Assembly: GCA_012719395.1 (NCBI GenBank)
Contig: JAAYAL010000016.1
Coordinates: 3,166-67,165, forward strand
Origin: Gaiellales bacterium
GTDB lineage: Bacteria > Actinomycetota > Thermoleophilia > RBG-16-64-13
DNA: 64,000 nucleotides
Reading direction: 5' to 3'
This document shows positions 21,240-30,977 of this stretch, one piece after another (the first letter of the stretch is position 1; each line of letters starts with the position of its first letter). The notes beneath the pieces are model-generated. The model did no database searches. It worked only from the letters and a program-made list of their open reading frames with translations, and was not told where the DNA came from. The translations under genes and the position numbers were made by a program.

Positions 21240-23293
21240 GCAACTCGGGCTCAAGCCGCGTGGTGGTCATAGTCCTGGACGGGGTGGGGGCGGGGGCACT
21301 TCCCGACGCCCCCACCTACGGAGACGCCCGGGCCTGCACCATTGGGCACGTGGCGGAGTTGTTGCACCTGCGACTCCCTGTGCTCCAAACACTCGGCTTG
21401 GGGAACATCTTGCCGGTGCGGGGCGTGCCGGCCGCCGCCGCCCCCGAGGGGCTACCGGCGCGGCTGGCGGAGAAGTCGGCGGGAAAGGACAGCACCACCG
21501 GCCATTGGGAGCACATGGGGATCGTGAGAGAGGAATCGTTTCCCACCTATCCCCACGGCTTTCCCCCGGATGTGGTTGAGCCCTTCGAGCGTGCCATCGG
21601 ACGAAGAGTGATCGGGAACAAGGTTGCATCAGGCACCGAGATCATCCAGGAATTGGGGGAAGAGCACCTGCGGACCGGGAGCCCCGTACTCTACACTTCG
21701 CAAGACAGCGTGTTCCAGTTGGCGGTCCACGTGGATGTGGCGCCGCGCGAGACGCTTTATGCATGGTGTCGCACGGCGCGCAGGCTGTTGCGCGGACGCC
21801 ATGCGGTGGCGCGGGTCATTGCCCGCCCTTTCGGCGGAGGTTTGCGGGCCATCGAACGCGTGCCCGGTCGCAGGGACTTCTCCCTGGAACCCCCCACCCC
21901 CACCTATCTCGACCTCCTGCTGGAGCAAGGTGTCACGGTGACGGGAGTGGGAAAGGTGGGTGACCTATTCGCCCACCGCGGCTTCAGCACGGTGGTTCCT
22001 ACGCAGGGCAATAGAGCGGGTCTGAAGGCGATAGCCGAGATCCTGGACGGCGGCACCCACGGCCTCCTCCTGGCCAATCTCATCGACTTCGATATGGACT
22101 GGGGCCACCGCAACGATGCCGAGCTTTTCGCGCACGGCCTGATGGAGTTTGACCGAGAGCTACCAGTACTGATGTCTCGTCTGGGGACGGGTGATCTCCT
22201 CCTCATCACCGCCGACCACGGCTGCGATCCCACCACGCCGGGTACTGATCACACCCGGGAGTACGCCCCTCTGCTGCTGTGGCCTCGGCCCTCGCGAGCG
22301 CCGCGATCTCAGGCGTGCTACGAGGGCTACTTCAGCGACGTGGGCGCCACCGCGTATGCCATGCTGACGGGCAGACGTCCGCCGCTCGCCGGCTCTTCCT
22401 TGGCGCAGCTGGATCCGGCTAGAGGGTGGCGGGAACCGCGTACGCGCCGTGCAGTCGCCCGTGCCTGCCGCCGAGCAGCGGGGGCCACTGCAACAGCGGC
22501 GGCCGCACTGTTGGAGAGAGAACTGGGTGAAGCGCCGGAAACGGCGGTCGTGCTGGGCAGCGGGTTGGACGTGCTGACCGAAGCGGCGGCGGTCCACCAC
22601 CAAGCCCAGGTTTCGTTCGGCGAGTTGCCGGGGTGGCCGGAGGCAGCGGTGGCCGGGCATCCCGGGCTGGTGAGCGCTGCGTTTGTGGAAGGAAGGCGGG
22701 TGGCGCTGCTCCGCGGCCGGGCGCATCTCTACGAGGGTCATCCCCGGAGCGTCCTCCAGCAACCGCTGCTGGCGCTGGCCCGATGGGGAGTGACAAACCT
22801 GGTCCTCACCTACGCGGTGGGCGCGCTCACCGACAAGCTGAGGGTGCCCGGGCTTGCCGTCGTGAGCGACGTGATCGATCTTCAATTCCCACCTCCGTCC
22901 TCGGGGCGGCTTCAGGTACTCACGGTGGCCTCCTCTCGCACTCGGGAGCTGGCCTCTGCGGCCGGGCTGCCGCAGGTGGTGTACGCGGCTGTCATGGGGC
23001 CGCAGTATGAGACGCAGGCGGAGGTGGGAGTGCTGCAATCGTTGGGTGCCGAAGTGGTGGGGATGTCGGCGGTTCCCGAGGTGCAGGCCGCCTGTCGCTT
23101 GGGATTAGGGCTTCTGGTGCTCGTGCTGGTGACGAACAAGGCCGGCGAAAGCGGTGTGTCCGTGGGGCGGGCGGCTGAGCGCATCCGCGATGACCTCCAT
23201 CAGGAGGTGTTGCAGCGCGGGGTACAGGGCGCACAAGAGCTGAGGCGCTGTCTACGGCAGTGGTGGCATATACTCCAGCACCATGAAGAGTGA
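21236..23293 (+). CDS. deoB: Phosphopentomutase fused to purine nucleoside phosphorylase (DeoB-PunA fusion)
   Basis: DeoB: VLDGVG, GKDSTTGHWE, RPF, NLIDFD, TADHGCDP, DHTRE. PNP: VLGSGL, GHPG, GRAHLYEG, GPQYET.AE, VGMS, VTN. One uninterrupted 685-aa ORF. Confidence 0.88.
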   Translation: MSNSGSSRVVVIVLDGVGAGALPDAPTYGDARACTIGHVAELLHLRLPVLQTLGLGNILPVRGVPAAAAPEGLPARLAEKSAGKDSTTGHWEHMGIVREESFPTYPHGFPPDVVEPFERAIGRRVIGNKVASGTEIIQELGEEHLRTGSPVLYTSQDSVFQLAVHVDVAPRETLYAWCRTARRLLRGRHAVARVIARPFGGGLRAIERVPGRRDFSLEPPTPTYLDLLLEQGVTVTGVGKVGDLFAHRGFSTVVPTQGNRAGLKAIAEILDGGTHGLLLANLIDFDMDWGHRNDAELFAHGLMEFDRELPVLMSRLGTGDLLLITADHGCDPTTPGTDHTREYAPLLLWPRPSRAPRSQACYEGYFSDVGATAYAMLTGRRPPLAGSSLAQLDPARGWREPRTRRAVARACRRAAGATATAAAALLERELGEAPETAVVLGSGLDVLTEAAAVHHQAQVSFGELPGWPEAAVAGHPGLVSAAFVEGRRVALLRGRAHLYEGHPRSVLQQPLLALARWGVTNLVLTYAVGALTDKLRVPGLAVVSDVIDLQFPPPSSGRLQVLTVASSRTRELASAAGLPQVVYAAVMGPQYETQAEVGVLQSLGAEVVGMSAVPEVQAACRLGLGLLVLVLVTNKAGESGVSVGRAAERIRDDLHQEVLQRGVQGAQELRRCLRQWWHILQHHEE

Positions 23294-26006
23294 ATCCAGC
23301 ATCCGCGCTCTCACTGTCGTCACCACTCACCAGAATGCAGACTTTGATGCGCTGGGGGCGTGTGTGGGGGCCGCCAAACTCTACAGGGATGCCAAGATCG
23401 TGTTCCCCGGTTCCCTCAATAGGAACGTGAGGGATTTCGTGTCGCTGCACGGCGAGAGCCTGCCCATCGTCAACATTCGCGGGGTGCAGTTGTCTGCGGT
23501 GCGCAGGTTGGTGGTGGTGGACACGGCGGACAGCAGCAGGCTGGGCGATCTGGCGCCACTCTGCGGTTGCACCGGGGTGGAGGTGGTGATCTTCGACCAC
23601 CATTCCACCGAGGCTCCCCAGAAGCCGGACTACGTCAAGGCGGAGAACTGGGTCCTTTCGGACGATGGCTCCCAATCCTCCTCCATGGTCCACATCTTGC
23701 GCGGCCGCGATATTCACCTCACGCCGCTGGAAGCGAGCATCTTCGCTCTCGGCATCCATGAGGACACTGGATCTCTGGTTTACCCCCAGACCACAGTGCG
23801 TGATGCGGAGATGCTGGCGACCTGCTTGAGATTGGGTGCATCTCAGGCTTTGATCGAACGTTACCTGCACAACCCTCTGGCCGATGAGCAACGTGAGATG
23901 CTGCTGAGGATCCTGGATACGGTTCGCGTAGAGCGGATACAGGGTCATGACGTGTTCGTCGCCGCTGTGGCATCTGAGGTCTACGTTGACGGTTTGAGCG
24001 TCATCGCGCACAAGGTCATGGATCTCATGAACTCAGAGGTGCTGATACAGGCCGTGGGCATGATCGGGCGGGTCTTCGTCACGGCTCGGTCGCGGCTGGG
24101 TTCGATCGACGTGGCGGCCCTGCTGCATACCATTGGAGGGGGAGGGCACGCCCAGGCTGCATCAGGAGTGGTACGGGGACGGACTGCAGAACAGGTGGCG
24201 CGCGATTTGGTCAGCGCCCTCCAGGGTCTCTCCACCAGCCTGCCCACCGCGGGCGAGATCATGAGCCGGCCCGTGCACTTCGTGCAGGCCGGCACCACAG
24301 TCACCGACGCCCTCTTGGTGGCGCAGAAATATGGTCATTCCGGGATCGCTGTGGAAGAGGACGGCATCGTGGCCGGGGTGGCCACGCGGCGGGATCTGGA
24401 CAAGGCGGTGCGTCATGGATTGGGTCACGCACCGGTGAAGGGCATCATGAGCCGACGGATCACGTTCGCCGGGCAGTCGACCACGGTGGAGGAACTGCGT
24501 CGCCTCATGATGGACGCGGGTGTGGGCCGGGTGCCGGTGGTCTCGGACGAACTGGCCACTGCGCCGCCCAAGGGCGGCCTGCAGTCGGACGATGTGCTGG
24601 GCATTGTGACCAAGACCGACCTGTTGGCCGCGTATCAAACGGCGGAGCACCGCTTGGGGCCCGACCAACGCACCTATCACACCTGCGTGCTGCATCCGCT
24701 GGAGGAGTTGCCCTTCTTCGGGCCCATCCTGCGCGCAGCCGCGGCGCTGTCTCTGGAGTTTGAGGGCGTCTATCTGGTAGGGGGGTTTGTGCGCGACCTG
24801 TTGCTGGGCCTGCCCAACGCAGACCTGGACATTGCCGTGGAGGGCGACGGAGTCCGCTTCGCCGAGCTGTTGGCCAAGGAATTGGGGGGGCGGGTCAGGG
24901 TCCACCGCAAGTTCAAGACCGCCGTGGTGATGCTGCCCGAGGAGATGCTGGAGCGTGCGCCGGTGTGGGTCAAGCAGGGACGCGAGCCGTTCCATGTGGA
25001 CGTTGCTACCTGTCGCACCGAATTCTACGATTACCCGGCGGCGTTGCCCAGCGTGGAGCATGCTTCCATTCGCCAAGACCTGTTCCGGCGCGATTTCACT
25101 ATCAACGCCATGGCCGTGGCCCTCAAGGGGGATGATTACGGCACGGTGATCGATTTCTTCGGCGGCTTGAATGACCTTCAGGCCGGGGTGGTGCGGGTCC
25201 TGCACAACCTCAGCTTCATTGAGGACCCCACGCGCATCTTTCGAGCCGCACGGTACGAGAATCGGTATCGTTTCCGCATGGATGAGCAGACTCGAGCACT
25301 GGCCAAGGGATGTGTGGACATGTACCTGGTGGGGGATCTCTCCACCTCACGCCTGCGTGATGAGTTGATCGCCCTCCTGAGCGAGCGGGACGTGGATTGG
25401 TCGCTGGAAAGACTCTACGAGCTGGGTGTGGCGAAGCAGGTGCACCCCAAGCTCTCCACCGGTCCCCGGACTCTGGCCTTGGTGCACCGCTTGGATGGGT
25501 TCACGGTGGAACTGGGAGTGGAAAGTGAGGTAGTGAGGTGGAGGTTGCGCCTGGCGGCTGTCACCCGGCACATGGAGCACGAAGAGCTCTATCTGTGGCT
25601 GGAACGGCTCCGGCTGCGACACGCCGACAGCGAGGTGATCCGCGATTCCGTGGTGTTGGGCCCCAAGTTGGCCCCCCAATTGGAGAACCCCGACTTGGAG
25701 GCCTGGCAGATCTTCCGCCTCTTGAGCCGGTTGCCAGTTGAGTCCCTGGTGTTTCTTTTGGCGCGCGCGCAATCCCGGGTGCTCCAAGACCGCGTCTACG
25801 AGTACCTGCGGGAACTGCGCTTCTGCCACCCCGCACTCAGCGGAGACGATATTATTCGCATGGGTCTGAAGGAAGGGCCGGGGATCGGCCGGGTGCTTGG
25901 CGAACTGCAGAGACTCAGGGTGGAAGGCAAGATCTCCGGTAGGGAAGAGGAGCGGGAAGTGGCTCGGAAGCTGATCGAGGATATGGAAGAAGGCGCGGAC
26001 AGATGA
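23283..26006 (+). CDS. cca: DHH/DHHA1-CBS-tRNA nucleotidyltransferase (probable A-adding enzyme)
   Basis: THQNADFDA and FDHH (DHH), GGGGHAQAAS (DHHA1), two CBS repeats, VGGFVRDLLL..DLDIAVE, RRDFTINAMA, EDPTRIFRA. Confidence 0.9.
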   Translation: MKSESSIRALTVVTTHQNADFDALGACVGAAKLYRDAKIVFPGSLNRNVRDFVSLHGESLPIVNIRGVQLSAVRRLVVVDTADSSRLGDLAPLCGCTGVEVVIFDHHSTEAPQKPDYVKAENWVLSDDGSQSSSMVHILRGRDIHLTPLEASIFALGIHEDTGSLVYPQTTVRDAEMLATCLRLGASQALIERYLHNPLADEQREMLLRILDTVRVERIQGHDVFVAAVASEVYVDGLSVIAHKVMDLMNSEVLIQAVGMIGRVFVTARSRLGSIDVAALLHTIGGGGHAQAASGVVRGRTAEQVARDLVSALQGLSTSLPTAGEIMSRPVHFVQAGTTVTDALLVAQKYGHSGIAVEEDGIVAGVATRRDLDKAVRHGLGHAPVKGIMSRRITFAGQSTTVEELRRLMMDAGVGRVPVVSDELATAPPKGGLQSDDVLGIVTKTDLLAAYQTAEHRLGPDQRTYHTCVLHPLEELPFFGPILRAAAALSLEFEGVYLVGGFVRDLLLGLPNADLDIAVEGDGVRFAELLAKELGGRVRVHRKFKTAVVMLPEEMLERAPVWVKQGREPFHVDVATCRTEFYDYPAALPSVEHASIRQDLFRRDFTINAMAVALKGDDYGTVIDFFGGLNDLQAGVVRVLHNLSFIEDPTRIFRAARYENRYRFRMDEQTRALAKGCVDMYLVGDLSTSRLRDELIALLSERDVDWSLERLYELGVAKQVHPKLSTGPRTLALVHRLDGFTVELGVESEVVRWRLRLAAVTRHMEHEELYLWLERLRLRHADSEVIRDSVVLGPKLAPQLENPDLEAWQIFRLLSRLPVESLVFLLARAQSRVLQDRVYEYLRELRFCHPALSGDDIIRMGLKEGPGIGRVLGELQRLRVEGKISGREEEREVARKLIEDMEEGADR

Positions 26007-26632
26007 GCAGGGACCTCTGGGGCTTGGCCTTTCTGCTCCCCATCCTCCTGCTGTCCATGATGGCCCACGAGGTGGCCCACGGCTTCGTCGCCTACCGGCT
26101 GGGTGACCCCACGGCCAAGCGCGGGGGCCGGCTCACGGCGAATCCTCTCAAGCACCTCGATCCGGTGGGCACGCTGATGTTCGTGCTGACCTACCTCTCC
26201 GGTGGCTTCATTTTCGGTTGGGCCAAGCCGGTACCGGTCAACCCGTACTACTTCAACAACCGGCAGCGGGGCATGATGATCGTGGGACTGGCCGGCCCTC
26301 TCACCAACTTTGCCCTCGCCGTGCTGCTGGCGCTGCTCATCAACCTCGTCCAGCCCGCAGCCAACTCCCTCCTGTTCGAAATCCTCTACCTGGCCTACCA
26401 GGTGAACGTGGTGCTGGGGGTGTTCAACCTCATCCCCATTCCCCCACTGGACGGTTCCCGCGTCATCGGGGGCTTCATGTCCCGAAGCACCTACTCCAAG
26501 TGGATCGAGCTGGATCGCTTCGGCATATTCTTCATCCTCCTGCTGTTCGTGGTCTTCCGCGGCCCGTTCACCACGTTGCTGTCCGGGGCGTACCGGCTGA
26601 TCGGAAGCCTGCTTCTGCCTTCCTACTTCTAG
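26003..26632 (+). CDS. Site-2 protease family (M50) membrane metalloprotease
   Basis: HEVAH zinc motif, GDPTAK..GRLT.NPL.HLD, GWAKPVPVN, AGPLTN, FNLIPIPPLDG. Confidence 0.93.
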   Translation: MSRDLWGLAFLLPILLLSMMAHEVAHGFVAYRLGDPTAKRGGRLTANPLKHLDPVGTLMFVLTYLSGGFIFGWAKPVPVNPYYFNNRQRGMMIVGLAGPLTNFALAVLLALLINLVQPAANSLLFEILYLAYQVNVVLGVFNLIPIPPLDGSRVIGGFMSRSTYSKWIELDRFGIFFILLLFVVFRGPFTTLLSGAYRLIGSLLLPSYF

Positions 26633-26638
26633 CCGGCC

Positions 26639-27367
26639 GTGAGACTGATTGACCTTGACCTTGAGGTTTACCAGGGTCCCTTTGACCTCCTGTTCACCCT
26701 GATCCTCAAGGAAGAGGTTGACATCTTCGAGGTCTCCCTCCTGGAGGTCATCACCGCCTATCTGGAGCAGTTGGCGGAGAGCGACAGCGCGGATTGGGAG
26801 AGTCTGAGCGAGTTCATTGTGCTCATCGGCTCCCTGCTGCACGTGAAGGTGCGCCGATTGCTGCCGGGCCAGGTCCAGGAAGAGGCCGACGAGATCTCAC
26901 CGGAGCAGGCCCGCGAGCAGCTCTTGGCACGACTTCTGGCATACCAACGGGTGAAGGGAGCGGCCGGCTATCTCCGCGAACGCGCCCTGGACCAGTGCGG
27001 ACGCCTCACCCGACCCTCCCCGGCTCCGCCCGCGTCTCGGCTGTGCGCGTTGGAGGACGTGCGGCCCACGGAAAGCGCACGTGAGTTGGCCGCTCGAATG
27101 CGCGCGTTGCTCGAGGCTCATCGCGAACCCGACACCCAGCACCTCCCACCCATGCGCGTGGAACTGAAACGGCAACTGGCACTACTGCGCAGCATGTTGA
27201 CCGACGGGAACCGAGTCTCGTTCCAAGATTGCTTTGGCCAGGACGAACCGCTTCTGCAGGCCGTCACTCTCCTGGCCATCCTCGAGCTTCTGGCTAGGGG
27301 CGAGCTTGAGGCAACCCAGACTATACCTTTCGGTGACATTCACCTGCGGAGGTTGAGAAGTGGCTGA
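26639..27367 (+). CDS. scpA: Segregation and condensation protein A
   Basis: YQGPFDLLFTLI.KEEVDIFEV, LLAILEL..GE....Q..PFGDI. Confidence 0.92.
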   Translation: MRLIDLDLEVYQGPFDLLFTLILKEEVDIFEVSLLEVITAYLEQLAESDSADWESLSEFIVLIGSLLHVKVRRLLPGQVQEEADEISPEQAREQLLARLLAYQRVKGAAGYLRERALDQCGRLTRPSPAPPASRLCALEDVRPTESARELAARMRALLEAHREPDTQHLPPMRVELKRQLALLRSMLTDGNRVSFQDCFGQDEPLLQAVTLLAILELLARGELEATQTIPFGDIHLRRLRSG

Positions 27368-27965
27368 AGCAACCACGAGCCTCGAATGCATCATGCGGGA
27401 CCTGGAAGCGCTGCTCTTTGCCTCCGACCGTCCACTTGGCCTGGAGACCATCAGGCATTGTCTGGGGCTCAAGCATCAGATCAGCTCTCGTATGGTGGAA
27501 GAAGCTCTTGCGGAACTGGAGCTTCGGTATCCCGTGGACGGCCCTCGCGGCATGGAAGCGGCCCGCGTAGGCGGGGGGTGGCTCTTCCGCACCAATCGGG
27601 CGGCGGAAACGGTCCTGGCAGGGCTGTACGAGACGGCCGATGCCTCCCGGCTCTCGGCGGCCGCCCTGGAGACGCTCGCCATTGTCGCGTACCTACAGCC
27701 GGTGGGCAGGAGGCAGGTGGCCGAAATCCGCGGTGTGGGCTCGGAATCGCCCCTGCGTACGCTGCTGGACCGCGATCTCATCCAGGAGGTGGGGCGCGGA
27801 GCGGAGGTGGGCCAACCCATCCTGTACGGGACAACGTCTCGCTTCCTGGTGGCCTTTGACCTGGATTCGCCGGCGGATCTGCCCCAGCTGGGCGAGTTCG
27901 AAGTCTCCGGTCGGGAGCGGGAAGAGCTCATGCGGCGCCTGGGTGCGTTGCTGGCCCCGGAGTAG
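27360..27965 (+). CDS. scpB: Segregation and condensation protein B
   Basis: LEALLFAS, LSAAALETLAIVAY.QPV, IRGV, LI.EVGR, P.LYGTT..FL..F. Confidence 0.94.
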   Translation: MAEATTSLECIMRDLEALLFASDRPLGLETIRHCLGLKHQISSRMVEEALAELELRYPVDGPRGMEAARVGGGWLFRTNRAAETVLAGLYETADASRLSAAALETLAIVAYLQPVGRRQVAEIRGVGSESPLRTLLDRDLIQEVGRGAEVGQPILYGTTSRFLVAFDLDSPADLPQLGEFEVSGREREELMRRLGALLAPE

Positions 27966-27971
27966 GCACGC

Positions 27972-28739
27972 ATGGTACAGGAGGGGGCAGGCGCGGAACG
28001 ACTGCAGAAGCTCATGGCTCAAGCCGGGATCGGGTCCAGGCGGCGGTGCGAGGAGATCATCCGGGCGGGACGAGTCACGGTGGATGGCGTCACGGCCGCG
28101 CTGGGGCAGCGTGCGGACCCCGCTTCTCAGGTCATCCTGCTGGATGGGGTCCCGGTGCCGCGCCCACGTGTAGTGCATGAGTACTGGGTCCTCAACAAGC
28201 CGGCCGGGGTGGTGAGCAGCGCGCGGGACCCGCAGGGCCGGCCCACGGTGCTCGAACTGGTACCGTCGTCGGCGCGCCTCTATCCGGTGGGGCGTCTGGA
28301 CCTGAACACCACTGGCGTTCTGCTCCTGACCGACGACGGTGAACTGGCCTACCGCTTGACCCATCCTCGTTTCCGGGTTGATAAGGAATATGAGGTGGTG
28401 GTGCGCGGTACACTCGCGCCTGCGGAGCTGGCCGAGCTGAGGACGGGCGTGTTGCTGGAGGACGGTTGGACGGCTCCGGTTCAAGCCGAGCTGGCGGGGC
28501 GGTCGGGCGATCTCAGCGTGGTTACGCTGCTCTTGCACGAGGGCCGCAAGCGCCAGGTGCGGCGCATGATGGAATCCTTGGGTCACTCGGTGGTCGCCCT
28601 GCATCGTCGTCGTGTGGACGGCGTGGACGACAGCGGCCTGGCTCGCGGTCGGGCCAGAAGGCTGACCGCGAAGGAGGTGTGCCGCCTGCGCCGGAGAGTG
28701 GGATTGGCGGCGGGTGCAGGGCGGGAAGGCAGCGAATGA
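27972..28739 (+). CDS. rluB: Ribosomal large subunit pseudouridine synthase B family
   Basis: RLQKLMAQAGIGSRR S4 domain, NKPAG, GRLDLNTTGVLLLTDDG, HEGRKRQVRRM. Confidence 0.92.
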   Translation: MVQEGAGAERLQKLMAQAGIGSRRRCEEIIRAGRVTVDGVTAALGQRADPASQVILLDGVPVPRPRVVHEYWVLNKPAGVVSSARDPQGRPTVLELVPSSARLYPVGRLDLNTTGVLLLTDDGELAYRLTHPRFRVDKEYEVVVRGTLAPAELAELRTGVLLEDGWTAPVQAELAGRSGDLSVVTLLLHEGRKRQVRRMMESLGHSVVALHRRRVDGVDDSGLARGRARRLTAKEVCRLRRRVGLAAGAGREGSE

Positions 28740-28791
28740 CCCAGACCGCTATACTTGACCCGTATGTTCCCAGGGAGATTCGCGGAGAGCT

Positions 28792-29889
28792 ATGCATGTG
28801 CACGTAACACCGGCGGTCGAGCGACTCAGGCCATATGTGGCCGGCCCCCGACCGGGAGATGCCTTTGAGGGCGTTGCCCCGGAGGAGATCGTGCTGCTGC
28901 ACGCCAACGAGTACCCTGAAGGCCCCTTCCCGGAAGTCATCGCGGCCGTCTCGGCAGCGTTGTCCGGGCTCAACCGCTACCCGGACCAGGATTGCTCGGA
29001 ACTGAGGGCGCTCCTGTCCACGCAGTTGGCCGTATCTCCGGGATCTCTGATGTTTGGCAACGGATCGTGCGAGCTTCTCAAGCTTTTGTCGGAAGGGTTC
29101 GTGGAGCCGGGCGGGCATATCGTGTACCCGCAGCCCTCCTTCGTCATGTACGGCATATTGGCCACCCAGCGGCAGGGTCGGGTCTCAGCCGTGCCCCTTC
29201 GTGATCACTGCCACGATCTGGAGGCCATGTCGTCTGCTCTGACACCCTCCACGCGTATGGTGATCGTCTGCAACCCCAACAACCCCACGGGCACCTACCT
29301 GGCGCCGCCTGCACTGCGTGCCTTCCTGGAGGCGGCTCCGAAGCAGACCCTGGTGGTGCTGGACGAGGCCTACGGCGAATTTGTGACGTCTCCGCTGTGG
29401 GAGGACACCAGTAGGTGGGTGGAGCGTTTCCCCAATCTGGTGGTGCTGCGTACCTTTTCCAAGATCTACGGCCTGGCCGGCCTGAGGGTGGGCTACGGCA
29501 TCGCTCATCCCGAGGTGGCGCAGGCCGTTGACCGCCTGCGCCAACCCTACAACGTGGGCACGGTGGCGCAGGTGGCGGCTGCGGAATCGTTGCGTCACCC
29601 CAACCTGATGGAAGCCCGCCGTCTTCATACGCGGCGGGAACGGGAGCGCCTGAGTCAGGAACTGGATGGTCTCGGCCGCCGCATCACGGATAGCCAAGCC
29701 AACTTCGTCTTCCTCAACATTGAGGGCATGAGCGTGCCCGGGGAGGAGGTTCCGCGTTTGCTCCTCAGTCGAGGGGTCATGACGCGGTCAGGCTATTTCA
29801 TGGGTTGCCCGGGCTGGATGCGGGTGACCATCGGCTCCGTGGAGGAGAACAACACGTTCCTCGAGGCGCTCGGCTCTCTCGCATCCTGA
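28792..29889 (+). CDS. hisC: Histidinol-phosphate / aromatic aminotransferase
   Basis: LHANE, NRYPD, GNGSCE, CNPNNPTG, DEAYGEF, RTFSKIYGLAGLRVGY (PLP lysine). Confidence 0.92.
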   Translation: MHVHVTPAVERLRPYVAGPRPGDAFEGVAPEEIVLLHANEYPEGPFPEVIAAVSAALSGLNRYPDQDCSELRALLSTQLAVSPGSLMFGNGSCELLKLLSEGFVEPGGHIVYPQPSFVMYGILATQRQGRVSAVPLRDHCHDLEAMSSALTPSTRMVIVCNPNNPTGTYLAPPALRAFLEAAPKQTLVVLDEAYGEFVTSPLWEDTSRWVERFPNLVVLRTFSKIYGLAGLRVGYGIAHPEVAQAVDRLRQPYNVGTVAQVAAAESLRHPNLMEARRLHTRRERERLSQELDGLGRRITDSQANFVFLNIEGMSVPGEEVPRLLLSRGVMTRSGYFMGCPGWMRVTIGSVEENNTFLEALGSLAS

Positions 29890-29944
29890 TCCGGCAGGCA
29901 GTCGTTCGCAGTCTTTCAATTCCTGCACGGAAGGTGATGCTCAG

Positions 29945-30964
29945 ATGATGATGATAGCGATGCGGGAGGATGCCACCCCCGCTCAGATCGAAGAAGTTGT
30001 CGCCCGTTTGGCCGCAGTTGGCGCCGAGGCCCATCTGCATATGCAGGGCTCGGTGGCCACCATCGCCGTGGAGGGTGATCGCGAGGCCGTGGCCGGGTTA
30101 CCCATTGAGGTCTACCCGGGCGTGGACCGGGTGGTCACGTTACTGCGCCCCTACAAGTTGGTCAGCCGTGAGTTCCGGGCTCGGGATACCGTCATCCGCA
30201 TGGGTCACCTGCACATTGGGGGTGGGCACTTCGGGTTGATCGCTGGCCCCTGCTCCGTGGAAACCCGAGAGCAGACGTTGAGCGCGGCCCGTTTCGTCAA
30301 AGCCTCGGGCGCAACCGGTCTGCGTGGAGGTGCCTTCAAACCTCGCACCTCTCCCTACGCCTTCCAGGGCCTGGGCGAGGAAGCGCTGCAGATCCTGGCG
30401 GAGGCGCGGGAAGAGACAGGCTTGCCCGTAGTGACGGAGTTGATGGACGTCCGCCATCTGGATCTGGTTCTGAAGTACGCTGACGTTATCCAGATCGGCG
30501 CGCGCAACATGCAGAACTTTCATCTGCTGGCTGCCGTCGGCCAGGTGGATCGACCGGTGCTGCTGAAACGAGGGCTGTGCGCCACGCTGGAAGAACTGCT
30601 GATGGCGGCGGAGTACATTGTGCGCGAGGGCAACAGCCAGGTGATGGTGTGCGAACGGGGCATACGCACCTTTGAGACTGCCACCCGCAATACCCTGGAC
30701 ATCTCAGCGGTTCCCATCATCAAGCACCGTTCGCATCTCCCCGTGGTGGTGGATCCCAGCCACGCTTCGGGCAAGGTGGAGCTGATCGAGCCGCTGTCGC
30801 TGGCAGCCATAGCCGCCGGCGCCGACGGCCTCATCATCGAGGCCCACCCGGCACCGGAGACGGCCCTGTGCGACGGGGCCCAATCGTTGAGCCCCGTCGC
30901 CTTCGCCCGGACCGCCTCCCGCATCGCGGAGATGGTGGCCTGGATGGGCAAGACGCTGGGCTGA
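29945..30964 (+). CDS. aroF: DAHP synthase, type I-beta, with N-terminal regulatory domain
   Basis: IAGPCSVE, RGGAFKPRTSPYAFQG, QIGARNMQNF, LLKRG, CERGIRTF, DPSH, E.HP. Confidence 0.95.
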   Translation: MMMIAMREDATPAQIEEVVARLAAVGAEAHLHMQGSVATIAVEGDREAVAGLPIEVYPGVDRVVTLLRPYKLVSREFRARDTVIRMGHLHIGGGHFGLIAGPCSVETREQTLSAARFVKASGATGLRGGAFKPRTSPYAFQGLGEEALQILAEAREETGLPVVTELMDVRHLDLVLKYADVIQIGARNMQNFHLLAAVGQVDRPVLLKRGLCATLEELLMAAEYIVREGNSQVMVCERGIRTFETATRNTLDISAVPIIKHRSHLPVVVDPSHASGKVELIEPLSLAAIAAGADGLIIEAHPAPETALCDGAQSLSPVAFARTASRIAEMVAWMGKTLG

Positions 30965-30977
30965 CGGGGGTAGGAAG

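Noticed and set aside
28736-28807. 23-codon ORF (MTQTAILDPYVPREIRGELCMCT) bridging the rluB stop and hisC start
   Set aside because: No amino-acid-rich attenuator signature or terminator/antiterminator; it overlaps a TATACT -10 box, so it is probably incidental
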